64,000 nucleotides of DNA, from the NCBI GenBank assembly GCA_963750375.1, contig CAVVQN010000021.1, forward strand, positions 44,037 through 108,036. The letters run 5' to 3'. The DNA comes from Paraconexibacteraceae bacterium (GTDB lineage Bacteria > Actinomycetota > Thermoleophilia > Solirubrobacterales > Solirubrobacteraceae). Numbering within the stretch: position 1 is the stretch's first letter; every line of letters begins with the position of its first letter. The notes below the pieces were generated by a model that ran no database searches, was not told the origin of the DNA, and saw nothing but the letters and a program-made list of their open reading frames with translations. A program made the translations under genes and the position numbers. Positions 9,031 through 19,984 of the stretch are shown one piece after another.

Positions 9031-10818
9031 ATGGCACCGCCGAGAGCACCCGGCCGCGACCAGAAGGTCGTCGTCAAGGAGATGTCGTGGGATCCGATCA
9101 CCCGGATCGTCGGGTCGCTGGGCATCCACACGGAGATCGACTTCACCAACCAGCAGGTGCTCAAGTGCTACTCGACGTCGATGATCTTCCGCGGCTTCGA
9201 CATCTTCATGAAGGGCATCGACCCGCGCGACGCGCACTTCATCACGAGCCGCATCTGCGGCATCTGCGGTGACAACCACTGCACCTGCTCGTGCCTGAAC
9301 CAGAACATGGCCTACGGGGTCAAGCCGCCGAAGCTCGGCGACTACGCGTTCAACCTGGCCGAGTCCGCCGACTTCATGTTCGACCACGCGATCTACAACG
9401 ACTGCATGGCCAACGTCGACTACTGCGAGCAGATGGTCAAGGAGACCAACCCGGCGGTCCTGGCGAAGGCCGAGAACACGCCGGCGCCGCACTGCGACAT
9501 CCACGGCTACAAGACGATCGCCGACATCATGCGCGCGCTCAACGCGTTCACCGGCGACTTCTACCTCGAGACGCTCCAGGTCGCGCGCTACACGCGCGAG
9601 ATGTACTGCCTGTTCGGCGGCCGCCACACGCACCCGTCGACGATCCTGCCCGGCGGCTGCAGCGCGGACATCACGCAGCAGACGTGCACGGAGTACTACG
9701 TGCGGCTCATGCGCTACATCGACTACTGCAAGCGCACCGTGCCCGATGCACGACGACCTCTACGACTTCTTCTACGAGGCGCTGCCGGGCTACGAGCAGG
9801 GTCGGCTTCCGCGAGACCGACCTCGTCTGCTGGGGCTGCTTCGACGACCCCGACCACGTCGACTACAACTACAGGAACATGACCGACTGGGGCCGGCAGC
9901 GGTTCGTCACGCCGGGCCTCGTCTTCAAGGGCGAGCTCATCACCACCGACCTCGTCGAGATCAACCTGGCGATCCGCATCCTGCTCGGCTCGTCGTACTT
10001 CGACGACTGGGCCGGAACGAGGAGACGTTCGTCACGCAGGACCCGCTCGGCAACCCCGTCGACAAGCGCCACCCGTGGAACAAGGTGACGCTGCCCAAGC
10101 CGCAGGCGCGCGACTTCGCCGACAAGTACTCGTGGGTCGCGTCGCCGCGCATGTACGACAAGCGCAACGGCACGCTTCGTCGCCAACGACACCGGCGGCG
10201 GCCCGTTCGCGCGCCAGTGGGTGACGGCGAAGGCCGGCCTCGTCGACCTCGGCTACCTCAAGGCCACCGGCGAGCGCATCCAGATGGTGCTGCCCAAGAC
10301 GGGCTTCATGCCCGAGATGGAGCTCGAGTGGAAGATCCCGCCGTGGTCCAACGCGATCGAGCGCCAGCGGGCGCGGACCTACCACCAGGCCTACTCGGCG
10401 CTCGTCGGCCTGCACAACCTCGAGCAGGCGCTCGTCGGAGGTCCGCGCCGGCCGCACGAAGAGCTGGAACGACTTCACGGTGCCGGACGAGGCCGTGAGC
10501 GTCGGCTTCCACGAGGCGGCGCGCGGCGTGCTCTCGCACCACATGGTCATCCGCGACGGCAAGATCGCCAACTACCAGCCGTACCCGCCGACGCCGTGGA
10601 ACGCGCAACCCGCGCGACACCTACGGGACGCCCGGGCCCCTACGAGGACGCGGTGCAGAACACGCCGATCTTCGAGGAGAACGGGCCCGACGACTTCAAG
10701 GGCGTCGACATCATGCGGGCCGTCCACTCGCTTCGACCCGTGCCTGCCCTGCGGCGTGCACATGTACGGCAAGGGCAAGGTCCGCAAGGTGGTGCACACG
10801 CCGACGGGGATGTGCTGA
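9031..10818 (+). CDS. hhyL: Group 1h [NiFe]-hydrogenase large subunit (frameshifted)
   Basis: EMSWDPITRIVGSLG, L1 motif TSRICGICGDNH, L2 motif FDPCLPCGVH followed by a cleavable tail. Confidence 0.95.
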
Positions 10819-10822
10819 TGCC

Positions 10823-11674
10823 ATGGCGATGACGGACGTCGCCACCGCGCCGGAAGAAGGCCTGGTCGAGCGCGTCCAGGAGCTGACCGCGCGCTGGAGG
10901 AGCTGGACGACCTCCAGGCGCGCGATGGTGGCCGACGAGCTGGCGGCCGCGATCGTCCAGCTCTACGGCGAGGGCCTGAGCGGATCTTCGCGGCGCTCGA
11001 CGAGGAGGCGAAGCCGTGGCCCGCGTGCAGCGCCTGGCCGAGGACGGGGTCGTGGCGAGCCTGATGCTCATCCACGGCCTCTACCCCGTGTCGCCTGGGG
11101 AGCGCGTGCGCGAGGCGCTGGACGAGCGTCCGGCCGTACCTGGAGTCCCACGGCGGCGACGTCGAGCTGCTCGGCATCGACGACGGCGTCGCGCGGCTGC
11201 GGCTCGAGCGGCTCGTGCAGCGGCTGCGCGGCGTCGCAGCGCCACGCTCGAGCACGGCGATCGAGGACGCGCTCGCAGGGCCACGCGCCCGACCTGGCCG
11301 GCATCGACGTCGAGGGGCGTCGCGGCGCCGCGACCCGACCCGCGGCTCCGAGCGGCGGCGCTCGAGCGGACTGGGTCGCCCTGGAGGGCGCGGACGCGAT
11401 CGCCCGCGCGGCATGGTCGTCGACCGCCGTCCCGGGCCTGCTCGTCGCGAACGTCGCGGGGACGCTGCTGGCCTACCGCGACCGCTGCGCGGCGTGCGGC
11501 TCGACGCTGCCGCCGAGCGGGATGCTGCTCGGGGGGACGCTGACCTGCGCCGCGTGCGCGCAGCCGTTCGACCTGCCGCGCGCCGGGCGCTGCCGCGACG
11601 ACGTGAGCCTGCAGCTCGAGCCCCGTGCCGCTGCTGCGCGGGGCCGGGGCATCCGGGTCGCGGTCGCGACATGA
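10823..11674 (+). CDS. hhyE: NifU-like plus Rieske-like FeS protein of group 1h clusters (frameshifted)
   Basis: VASLMLIHGLYP, VRPYLESHGGDVELL, GSCSGC, LLAYRDRCAACG..LTCAAC..FDL. Confidence 0.85.
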   Translation: MAMTDVATAPEEGLVERVQELTARWRSWTTSRRAMVADELAAAIVQLYGEGLSGSSRRSTRRRSRGPRAAPGRGRGRGEPDAHPRPLPRVAWGARARGAGRASGRTWSPTAATSSCSASTTASRGCGSSGSCSGCAASQRHARARRSRTRSQGHAPDLAGIDVEGRRGAATRPAAPSGGARADWVALEGADAIARAAWSSTAVPGLLVANVAGTLLAYRDRCAACGSTLPPSGMLLGGTLTCAACAQPFDLPRAGRCRDDVSLQLEPRAAAARGRGIRVAVAT

Positions 11675-12340
11675 CGGATGACGCCGGCTGCGCCGCAGAC
11701 GCTTCGGCTCATGGCGGCTGGGCGGCGGCGGCGCCCCGGCCGCCGAGCCACCTGCCGCCGGGCGAGCTTCGACCGCGGCGCGCGACCCTGCGAGCTGTGC
11801 CCGATCGGGCTCGGCGAGGACCACCGCCACCTGCTGCACCTCGACGAGCGGCGCATCGTCTGCGTCTGCGAGACGTGCTGGTCGATGCGCTCGGGCGATG
11901 CGGAGTACCGCCCGACCGGCGCGCGCACGCTGTGGCTCGAGGACTTCGTGCTGCGCCGACGACGTGTGGGCCGCGTTCGCAGATCCCGATCGGGCTGGCG
12001 TTCCTGATGCGCTCGGCGGTCGACGGGCGGATCGTCGCGCTGTACCCGAGCCCGGCCGGCGCGACCGAGTGCGAGCTCGACCTCGACGCGTGGGACGCGC
12101 TCGTGCGCGGCCAACCCGGTCCTCGAGCGCCTGGAGCCCGACGCCGAGGCGCTCATCGTCAACCGCGACGGCGTCCGCCACCGCAGGTACGCGATCGTGC
12201 CGATCGACCAGGCGCTACAAGCTCGTCGGGCTCGATCAAGGCGCGCTGGGAGGGCATCTCCGGCGGCAGCGGCGACCGAGGACGCCGTCGCGGAGTTCTT
12301 CGACGGGCCTGCGCGAGCGCACCGGCGGCAGCCTGGCTCC
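11671..12340 (+). CDS. DUF5947-type group 1h accessory protein (HhaA-like); 3' end uncertain
   Basis: CELCP..EDHRHL..CVCETC, IPIGLAF, ALYPSPAGATECEL, IVPID, WEGISGG. Confidence 0.8.
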
Positions 12341-12439
12341 CCGCGCGAGCCAGGCACCGTCAACTGGACGTGTGGCCTCGAGCGGCCGTGCACATCATCC
12401 GCCGGCTCCGCTCCGGCGCCAGGGGCGTCGCGACGCCGC

Positions 12440-13086
12440 CACGACGTCCGAGGACCCGGATTCACGTCCTCGGCGTCGCTGCGTGCGCCACGCGACGCCC
12501 GACGCTGCGCTTCGACCTGCACGTCGACGACCCGCCGGGCGCGAGGTCCACACGATCGCGCTGTCGGCGCAGATCCAGATCGACCCGGCGCGCGCGACGT
12601 ACGACGCCGAGACCCGGGCGCGCCTCGTCGAGCTGTTCGGCGCCGCCCGAGCGCTGGGGCGCGACGACCCAGGCCTTCCAGCTGGGCGCGCGATCGAGGT
12701 GCTCGTCCCGGCTTCACCGGCGCGACGTCGTTCGCCGTCGAGGTGCCGTGCACGCTACGACCTCGAGGTCGCCGCGAGCAAGTACTTCTACTCGCTGCCC
12801 GACGGCGAGGTGCCGCTGACCTTCCACTTCAGCGGCATGGTGCTCTACAGCGGCGACGAGGCGACCGGCTGCAGGTCGCGCAGGTGCCGTGGAGCTGCAC
12901 CGCGCGCTGGCGCATGCCGGTCGACGCGTGGAAGCGCGCGATGGCCGCGCTACTACCCCGGCGGCGGCTGGGTGCGGCTGCGGACGCGAGACGCTCGACG
13001 CCTCTGCCGCGCGCAAGGCCGCGCGCGGCCACCACAGCTTCGACGCCTGCGTCGACGACCTGCTCCGCGCGAGGCTGCTGCGATGA
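12440..13086 (+). CDS. DUF6084-type group 1h accessory protein (HhaB-like); start uncertain
   Basis: PTLRFDL, QIQIDPAR, LVELFG, YDLEVAASKYF..GEVPLTFHFSG, QVPW, YPGGGWVRL. Confidence 0.8.
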
Positions 13087-14325
13087 CCGACCTCGACGAG
13101 CTCGCTCGACAGACGCTGCTGTGGGAGGGCTACGCGCTCTACCCCTACACGCCCGGGCGCGACGAAGAACGCGACGCCGACGCCGTTCGGGATCGTCTAC
13201 CCGCCGGCCTACGCCGACGGGCAGCCCGCACCGTTCGACCAGCTGCGGCTGCAGCGCTCGTCGAGGGCCGCGGACGCGACGCTGCGGGCGACCGTGCGCT
13301 TCCTCGAGCCCGTCGGCGCGCGCCACGAGGGCGTCGAGCGCCGCGTCGAGCTGCCGGCACGACGCTCGACCGCGCTGCCGACGCGCCGGTCACCGAGCCG
13401 TTCGCCTTCGAGCGGCGTCCGCGGCCGCGTGCGCTGGCGGCCGAGGACTCGGCGGGCCTCGTACCGCGTCACGCGTGCGGTGCACAACCTCACCGCGGTG
13501 GCGCCCGGGCCTGGACCGCGCCGCGCGCTGCGCGCCTCGCTGCTGTCGACCCACGTCGTCGGCGACGTGCGCCGGCGGGCGCTTCGTCTCGCCGATCTCG
13601 CCGCCGGAGGACGCCGCGACCGCCGTCATGACGTGCGCGAACGTCAACACGTTCCCGGTGCTCGCCACCCCCGAGGACGACGCGGTGCTCGGCGCGGCGA
13701 TCATGCTGCCCGACCACCCGCAGATCGCGCCGGAGAGCCGGGCAGCCTGTTCGACTCCACCGAGATCGAGGAGGCGCTGCTGCTGCACGTCCTCGCGCTC
13801 AGCGACGACGAGCGCGGAGTCGATCGCCGAGCAGGACCCGGCCGTGCGCGAGATGATCGAGCGGGCGGTCCAGACGACGCCCGAGGACTTCAGCAGCTGC
13901 GCGGGCGGGTCACCGTGCAGGAGCCGGGGACCGACTTCGATCCGTTGGTCCGTGGCTTGCTCGCCTGGGGGTTCGGAACGTCGCGCGCCAGGAGGCTGCC
14001 GCCCTCGTGCGCTTCGACGTGGACGGCAACGAGCTGCCGCTCGAGGTCCCGACGGTCGGCGACGAGCTCCGCGGCGAGCGGGAGATCGTGGTCGACGGCG
14101 TCGTTCCGCCGCGGCGACCACGTCGCCTGCGGCCCGAGCGCCGGCCGCAACGCCCAGGACCACCTGCTCGACGGCCGCACGCGCGACGATCGAGCGCATC
14201 TACATCGACTACGACGACCGCGTCCACCTGTGCGTGACCGTCGACGACGACCCCGGCCAGGACGATCATGCGCGACATCGGCCGGTACCTGTACTTCAAG
14301 CCCGACGAGGTGGAGGTCGATCTGA
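13083..14325 (+). CDS. Conserved group 1h accessory protein (HhaC-like; frameshifted)
   Basis: LLWEGYALYPY, LLSTH, CANVNTFPVL, IMLPDHPQIAPES, FDSTEIEEALLL, VTVDDDPG..RYLYFKPDEVE. Confidence 0.8.
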
Positions 14326-14857
14326 CCGAGCCCGAAGAGCCCGAGAAGCAGATCCTCGTCGCCGGCGTGGGCAACGCCTGGCTGCAGGACGACGCGTTCG
14401 GCGGCGAGTGCGCCCGCCGCCTGGAGGCCGAGGGCGTGCCGTCCGGGCGTGACGCGTCATGGACTTCGGCACCAGCGGGCTGGACCTCGCCTACGAGGTC
14501 ATGCGCGGCTACGACGCGCTGGTCCTGCTCGACGCCACCCGCCAGGGCGGCGAGCCCGGGACGCTCTACGTCATGGAGCCCGAGCAGTCGGAGTTCGCGG
14601 GCGTCGATCGAGGACGGCGAGGCGCATCGACCCGCACGACATGGACCCGCAGACCGTGCTGCGCTTCGTCAACGCCATCGGCGGCTGGCCGGGCAAGGTC
14701 GTGGTCATCGGCTGCGAGCCCGGCGAGGTCGACGACGTCGGGCTCGGCCTGACGCCGCCCGTCGCCGCCGCGGTCGACCGGCGCGCATCGACGCTGGTGC
14801 GCGAGACGATCGCCGAGCTGCGCGACCGACGCCGCGCCTACGCGAGCGGTGCGCTGA
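14322..14857 (+). CDS. Hydrogenase maturation endopeptidase (HupD/HybD family; frameshifted)
   Basis: ILVAGVGNAWLQDDAFG, DFGTSGLDLAY, LLDA, DPHDMDP, IGCEP..GLTPPV. Confidence 0.88.
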
Positions 14858-15221
14858 TGCACGAGCTGTCCGATCGCGCTCCGCCGTCGTCGACACCGCC
14901 GTCCGGCACGCCGCGGGCCGGCGCGTCACCGTCGTCAGCGTGCGGCTCGGGCGCCTGCGCCAGGTCGTGCCCGACTCGCTGGAGTTCTCCTTCGGCATCG
15001 TCGCGCGCGACACCGTCTGCGAGGGCGCGCGGCTGGAGCAGGAGCTCGTGCCCGCGCGCGCTGCGCTGCGGCGCCGTGCGAGCACGAGTGGGAGATCGAC
15101 GCTGCCGGCGTTCCGCTGCCCGACCTGCGCGACGGCGCGGACGTCGACGTCGCTCAGCGGCGAGGAGCTCGAGGTGGAATCCATCGAGGTCGACGAGGAG
15201 GACGCCGCATGCATCGCGTGA
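14857..15221 (+). CDS. hypA: Nickel metallochaperone HypA (frameshifted)
   Basis: MHELS start, RLRQVVPDSLEFSF, FRCPTC, SGEELEVESIEV. Confidence 0.92.
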
Positions 15222-15892
15222 AGGTCCGGGTCGTCGAGGACGCGCTGGACGCCAACAACACGATCGCGCGGGCCAACCGCGACGACTTCGACCGCCACGG
15301 CGTGACGGTCGTGAACCTCATGAGCGCGCCCGGCGCGGGCAAGACGACGCTGCTGGAGCGCGTGCTGCGCGACGGCGTCGGCGACCTGCGCGTCGGCGTG
15401 CTGGAGGGCGACGTGCAGGGCACGCTGGACGCCGACCGCCTCGCGCACCTGCACATGCCCGTCACCCAGCTGAACACCGGCAGCGGCTTCGGCGGCGAGT
15501 GCCACCTCGACGCGAACATGGTCCGCTCCGCGCTGCCGACGCTGCCGCTGGACGACATCGACCTGCTCATCGTCGAGAACGTCGGCAACCTCGTCTGCCC
15601 GGCCGAGTTCCGCATCGGCGAGGACGCGCGCATCATGGTCTCCTCGGTCGCCGAGGGCGACGACAAGCCGGGCAAGTACCCGCTCATGTTCCGGGCCTGC
15701 GAGCTCGTCGTCGTGAACAAGATCGACCTGCTGCCGCACGTCGACTTCGACGTGGAGCGCTTCTGCCACTTCCTGGACGCCGTGCACCCCGGGGTCCGGG
15801 TCATGCAGACGAGCGCGCGGACGGGCGAGGGCATCGACGAGCTGCGGGCGTGGTTCGCGGCGCTGCCGGAGCGGTCCCGGGCGACGGCATGA
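15209..15892 (+). CDS. hypB: Nickel-insertion GTPase HypB
   Basis: SAPGAGKTTLL, GECHLDA, ENVGNLVCP, EGDDKP.KYP, NKIDL. Confidence 0.96.
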   Translation: MHRVKVRVVEDALDANNTIARANRDDFDRHGVTVVNLMSAPGAGKTTLLERVLRDGVGDLRVGVLEGDVQGTLDADRLAHLHMPVTQLNTGSGFGGECHLDANMVRSALPTLPLDDIDLLIVENVGNLVCPAEFRIGEDARIMVSSVAEGDDKPGKYPLMFRACELVVVNKIDLLPHVDFDVERFCHFLDAVHPGVRVMQTSARTGEGIDELRAWFAALPERSRATA

Positions 15893-17070
15893 AGGTCGCG
15901 GCGCAACCAGGCACGGACCGCCTGGAGGCGCTGCTGGACGCGCGGGCCGGTGCCGCAGACCGCCACTTCGCCGAGCAGGCCCCGCGGATCGCCCGGCTCT
16001 GCCACGCGATGGCCGAGCGCTTCGCGCGCGGCGGACGGCTGCTGGCGTTCGGCGCGTCCGCCGCCGACCGCTCCGACGTGCGCCACGTCGCGGTCGAGTT
16101 CGTCCACCCGGTGATCGTCGGCAAGCGCGCGCTGCCGGCGCTCGGGTTGGATCCGGCGGCCGTTGGGCTCTTCGCCCGGCCCGACGACATCGCGATGGCG
16201 TTCGGGACGGGGTCGGCGATCGAGGCCGCGGTCGCGGCGGCGGGCAAGGCCGGCGCCCTGACGGTCGCGTTCGCCCCGGTGGGCGCTGCGGTCCAGTTCC
16301 CGCCGCCGACCGACGACCCGTTCGTCGCCCAGGAGCTGGACGAGACGCTGTACCACGTGCTGTGGGAGCTCGTCCACGTGTTCTTCGAGCACCGCGGGCT
16401 GCTCGACGGGCGCACCGCCCGGCCGCAGCACGACAGCGGGGCGTCGAGCTTCCTCTACCCGTTCCTCGGCGAGCAGGAGACGGGCCTGGACGAGGTCCTC
16501 GCCGACGTCCAGGCGTCCGTGCTCGCCAAGGCGGCGGAGACGACCGCGCTGCGGGAGCGCACGCTCACAGAACACCGCGAGACGATCGTCGCCGCCGCCG
16601 CGACGCTCGGGCGGTGCTTCGCCGCCGGGGGCACGGTGCTGGCCTGCGGCAACGGCGGCTCGTCGACCGACGCGATGGACTTCGTCGCCGACCTGCGGGT
16701 GCCGCCACCGCGCACCGGACTGCCCGCGCGTCGCGCGCTGGACCTCAGCGAGGACCCGGCGATCCTCACGGCCATCGCCAACGACGTGGGCCACGCGAGC
16801 GTCTTCGCGCGCCAGGTCATCGCCCACGCCGCTCCCGGCGACGTGCTGCTGGCGATCTCGACCAGCGGCGGCTCGGAGAACGTTCTCATGGCGCTCGAGC
16901 AGGCGCGGCGGCGCGGGGTCGCCACGGTCGCCCTCGTCGGCTACGACGGCGGGCGCATCCGCCGCGAGGGCCTCGCCGATCACGTCATCGTCACGCCGAG
17001 CCAGCACATCCCTCGCATCCAGGAGGCCCAGGCCACCGTCCTTCACGCCCTCGTCGCGCTTTCGTCGTGA
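15889..17070 (+). CDS. Tandem SIS-domain GmhA (phosphoheptose isomerase)-like protein
   Basis: HVAVEFVHPVIVGKRALPA; CGNGGSSTDA; TAIANDVG; ISTSGGSEN; IPRIQE. Confidence 0.85.
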   Translation: MKVAAQPGTDRLEALLDARAGAADRHFAEQAPRIARLCHAMAERFARGGRLLAFGASAADRSDVRHVAVEFVHPVIVGKRALPALGLDPAAVGLFARPDDIAMAFGTGSAIEAAVAAAGKAGALTVAFAPVGAAVQFPPPTDDPFVAQELDETLYHVLWELVHVFFEHRGLLDGRTARPQHDSGASSFLYPFLGEQETGLDEVLADVQASVLAKAAETTALRERTLTEHRETIVAAAATLGRCFAAGGTVLACGNGGSSTDAMDFVADLRVPPPRTGLPARRALDLSEDPAILTAIANDVGHASVFARQVIAHAAPGDVLLAISTSGGSENVLMALEQARRRGVATVALVGYDGGRIRREGLADHVIVTPSQHIPRIQEAQATVLHALVALSS

Positions 17071-19395
17071 GCCTCGCGACCGTCACCGCCAGCGCCAACG
17101 CCAACGCTCCGTTGATCCGGGTCCGGGTCCGCGTCTGCGGGGTGGTGCAAGGCGTCGGCTACCGGCCCTTCGTCGTGCGGCGCGCGCGCGAACTGGCCCT
17201 CAGCGGCTTCGTCCGCAACGACACCCGCGGCGTGCTCGTCGACATCCAGGGCCCGCCCGCGGCGGTCGACCGGCTTGTCGCCGACCTCACCGCGCTGGCG
17301 CCGCCGTTGGCCGTCGTGGACGCGGTCACGCCCAGCGAGCTGCCGGTCGATCCGTCCGCTCCACGTGGCTTCTCGATCCTCGCGTCCGATCCGGAGGGCG
17401 AGCCGCTCGCGCTCGTCGCGGCCGACGGTGCGACCTGCGACGCGTGCCTGGCCGAGCTGCGGGATCCAGCCGACCGCCGTCACCGCTACCCGTTCCTCAA
17501 CTGCACCGACTGCGGCCCGCGCTTCACGATCGTGCGCGGCGTCCCCTACGACCGCCCGCTGACGACGATGGCCGCCTTCACGATGTGCCGGTGCCTGTCA
17601 AGCGGAGTACGACGACCCTGGTGACCGCCGCTTCCACGCCCAACCGAACGCCTGCCCGGCCTGCGGTCCGCAGGTGCGCCTCGAGCAAGCCGCCGGCGTC
17701 CCGGACGTCGACGGCGTCGACGACGTCGCCCGCGCGGCCGCCCTCCTGCGTTGCGGCGCGATCCTGGCGATCAAGGGCCTGGGTGGCTACCACCTGGCGT
17801 GCCGCGCCGACCACGTCGACGCCGTGGCTCGCCTGCGATCGCGGAAGCATCGGGAGGACAAGCCGTTCGCCCTCATGGTCGGCGACGTGGCCGCAGCGCG
17901 CGCGCTCGTCTCGCTCGACCCCGACGAGCAGGCGCTGCTCGGCACCACCGCGCGGCCGATCGTCCTGGCGCGCCGCCGGCTGGGCGCAGCAGTCGCCCCG
18001 GCTGTGGCTCCAAGTGCCGCAGAGCTCGGCGTCATGTTGGCGTACACCCCGCTGCATCACCTGCTGCTCGCCGACGCCGGCGGCCCGCTCGTCATGACCA
18101 GCGGCAACAGGTCCGACGAGCCGATCGCCTACCGCGACGCTGACGCAGGCCGGCGGCTCGGCGGGATTGCCGACGCCATCCTGCTTCACGACCGCCCGAT
18201 CCACGTGCGCACGGACGACTCGGTGACCCGGGTCGTGGCCGGGCGAAGGACCGTGCTGCGGCGCGCTCGCGGGCTGGTCCCCGGGCGCCTGGCGCTGCCG
18301 ATCGACGCGTCCCTCCCGATCCTCGCGTGCGGCGCCCAACTGAAGAGCACGTTCTGCGTGGCCAAAGGCCCGAGCGCGTGGGTGTCTCACCACATCGGCG
18401 ACCTCGACGACCCCGGGACGCGCGAGTCCTTCACCGAGGGCATCGAACATTTCCAGCGGCTCTTCGCCGTGGCGCCCGAGGTCGTCGCGCACGACCAGCA
18501 CCCTGGCTACGCCTCCACGGCCTACGCGCGAGAGCGAGACGGGGTGCAGCTGATCGCCGTCCAGCACCACCACGCCCACCTGGCCGCCGTCCTCGCCGAA
18601 CACGGCCATACGGGCGCGGCGGTCGGCGCGATCTACGACGGGGCCGGATACGGCAGCGACGGGACGGTCTGGGGCGGCGAGCTGCTGGTCGGGGACCTGC
18701 GGACGTTCGCGCGCGCAGGGCATCTGTGGCCGGTGACGCTCCCCGGCGGGGATCGCGCCGCGCAGCAGCCGTGGCGGATGGCCGCCGCCTGGCTCGTGGC
18801 GGCCCACGCGGGTGGAGGCGCGGCTCCGCCTCTTCCGGACGCCCTGCGCGCCGCCGTTCGCGATGCCGACTGGCACATCGTCTGCGAGATGGCACGCCGC
18901 GGGTTCCACGCGCCGGTCACGTCGAGCATGGGGCGGCTCTTCGACGCGGTGGCGGCGCTCTGCGGCGTCAGGGCTGCCTGCACCTACGAGGGTCAGGCGG
19001 CGATCGAACTGGAGGCGCTGGCGCGCCGCGGGAGCGTCGCGGGCTACGAGCTACCGTTCACGGGTGACGGCAGGCTGGATGCCCGCCCGCTCGTACGCGC
19101 CGTCGCCGGCGACCTGGACGACGGCGTGTCCGTGGCGGACATCTCCGCGCGGTTTCACGCGACGATCGCGGAGGCGACCACCATCGCGCTCACGCAGCTG
19201 GCGGACACCCACGGCACGCGCACGGTGGTCCTCGCCGGCGGCGTCTTCCACAACCGCCTGCTGCTGGAGTCGACGATCAAGCTCCTCGAGCGCCACGACC
19301 TGGACGTCCTCATCCCGGAGCGCCTGCCGGCGGGGGATGGCGCGATCAGCTTCGGACAGACGGCGGTGGCAGCGGCCCGCTTGGCCGCCGGCTGA
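17067..19395 (+). CDS. hypF: Carbamoyltransferase HypF (frameshift ~17600)
   Basis: GVVQGVGYRPFV, CDAC, NCTDCGPRF, RRFHAQPNACPACGP, KGLGGYHL, QHHHAH, SSMGRLFD, GDGAISFGQ. Confidence 0.96.
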
Positions 19396-19413
19396 ACGTT
19401 CACCCCTGCGTGC

Positions 19414-19929
19414 TCAATGCGTGTGGGGGTGAGCGCGGCGTTGCCCGGGGCCCTCATCCGGCCGCGACGCGGGACCACCCGCACACGCCGCGCAGAGCCC
19501 GACGAGCGGGAAGTGCGTGAACGAAGCCTCGAAGGCGAACTGCTCGCGCACGAACGCCCGCACCGGATCCAGCTGCGCCGGGTCCAGTGCGGTGACGCTG
19601 TCGCAGCCGTCGCACACGAGGTACTCACGCCCGCCGTCGCGCGTGAGGCCGTAGAGCCCTGGGCCGTGCCCGAGGTGCACGTGGCGGACGACGCCGAGCT
19701 CCTCCAGCCGCTCGAGGATCCGGTAGACCGTCGTGGCGTCCAGCCGGGCGGCACCCTCCCCGGTCGCCGCGGCGATGCGCTCTGCGCTGATCGGGGCATC
19801 GGCGGCGAACAGCGCTTCCAGGACGATGCGGCGCGTCGCCGAAAAGCGCCCGCCGGCCTCGCGCAGGGCCTCGGCCACCTCGTCGATGTCACGGAACTGC
19901 AGCGGCGGGGTGTTCGCAGACCTCGTCAT
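19414..19929 (-). CDS. Fur-family regulator, probably nickel-responsive (Nur-like)
   Basis: TTVYRILERLEELGVVRHVHLGHG, CDGC, HFPLVGLCAAC; directly downstream of the Ni permease. Confidence 0.88.
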   Translation of the reverse strand: MTRSANTPPLQFRDIDEVAEALREAGGRFSATRRIVLEALFAADAPISAERIAAATGEGAARLDATTVYRILERLEELGVVRHVHLGHGPGLYGLTRDGGREYLVCDGCDSVTALDPAQLDPVRAFVREQFAFEASFTHFPLVGLCAACAGGPASRPDEGPGQRRAHPHTH

Positions 19930-19984
19930 CTGACCGTGATGATCGTCCTTCGCGCGGACGTACGCGCCGCTGGGGACGGTGTCC

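Noticed and set aside
14449-17070. 873-aa protease-HypA-SIS fusion
   Set aside because: Artefact of frameshifts; hypB lies in another frame inside it and the SIS gene has its own ATG at 15889
5207-19395. Hydrogenase cluster as decayed pseudogenes
   Set aside because: All catalytic motifs and codon bias are intact, and the breaks are single-base indels also seen in unrelated genes; consistent with sequencing error
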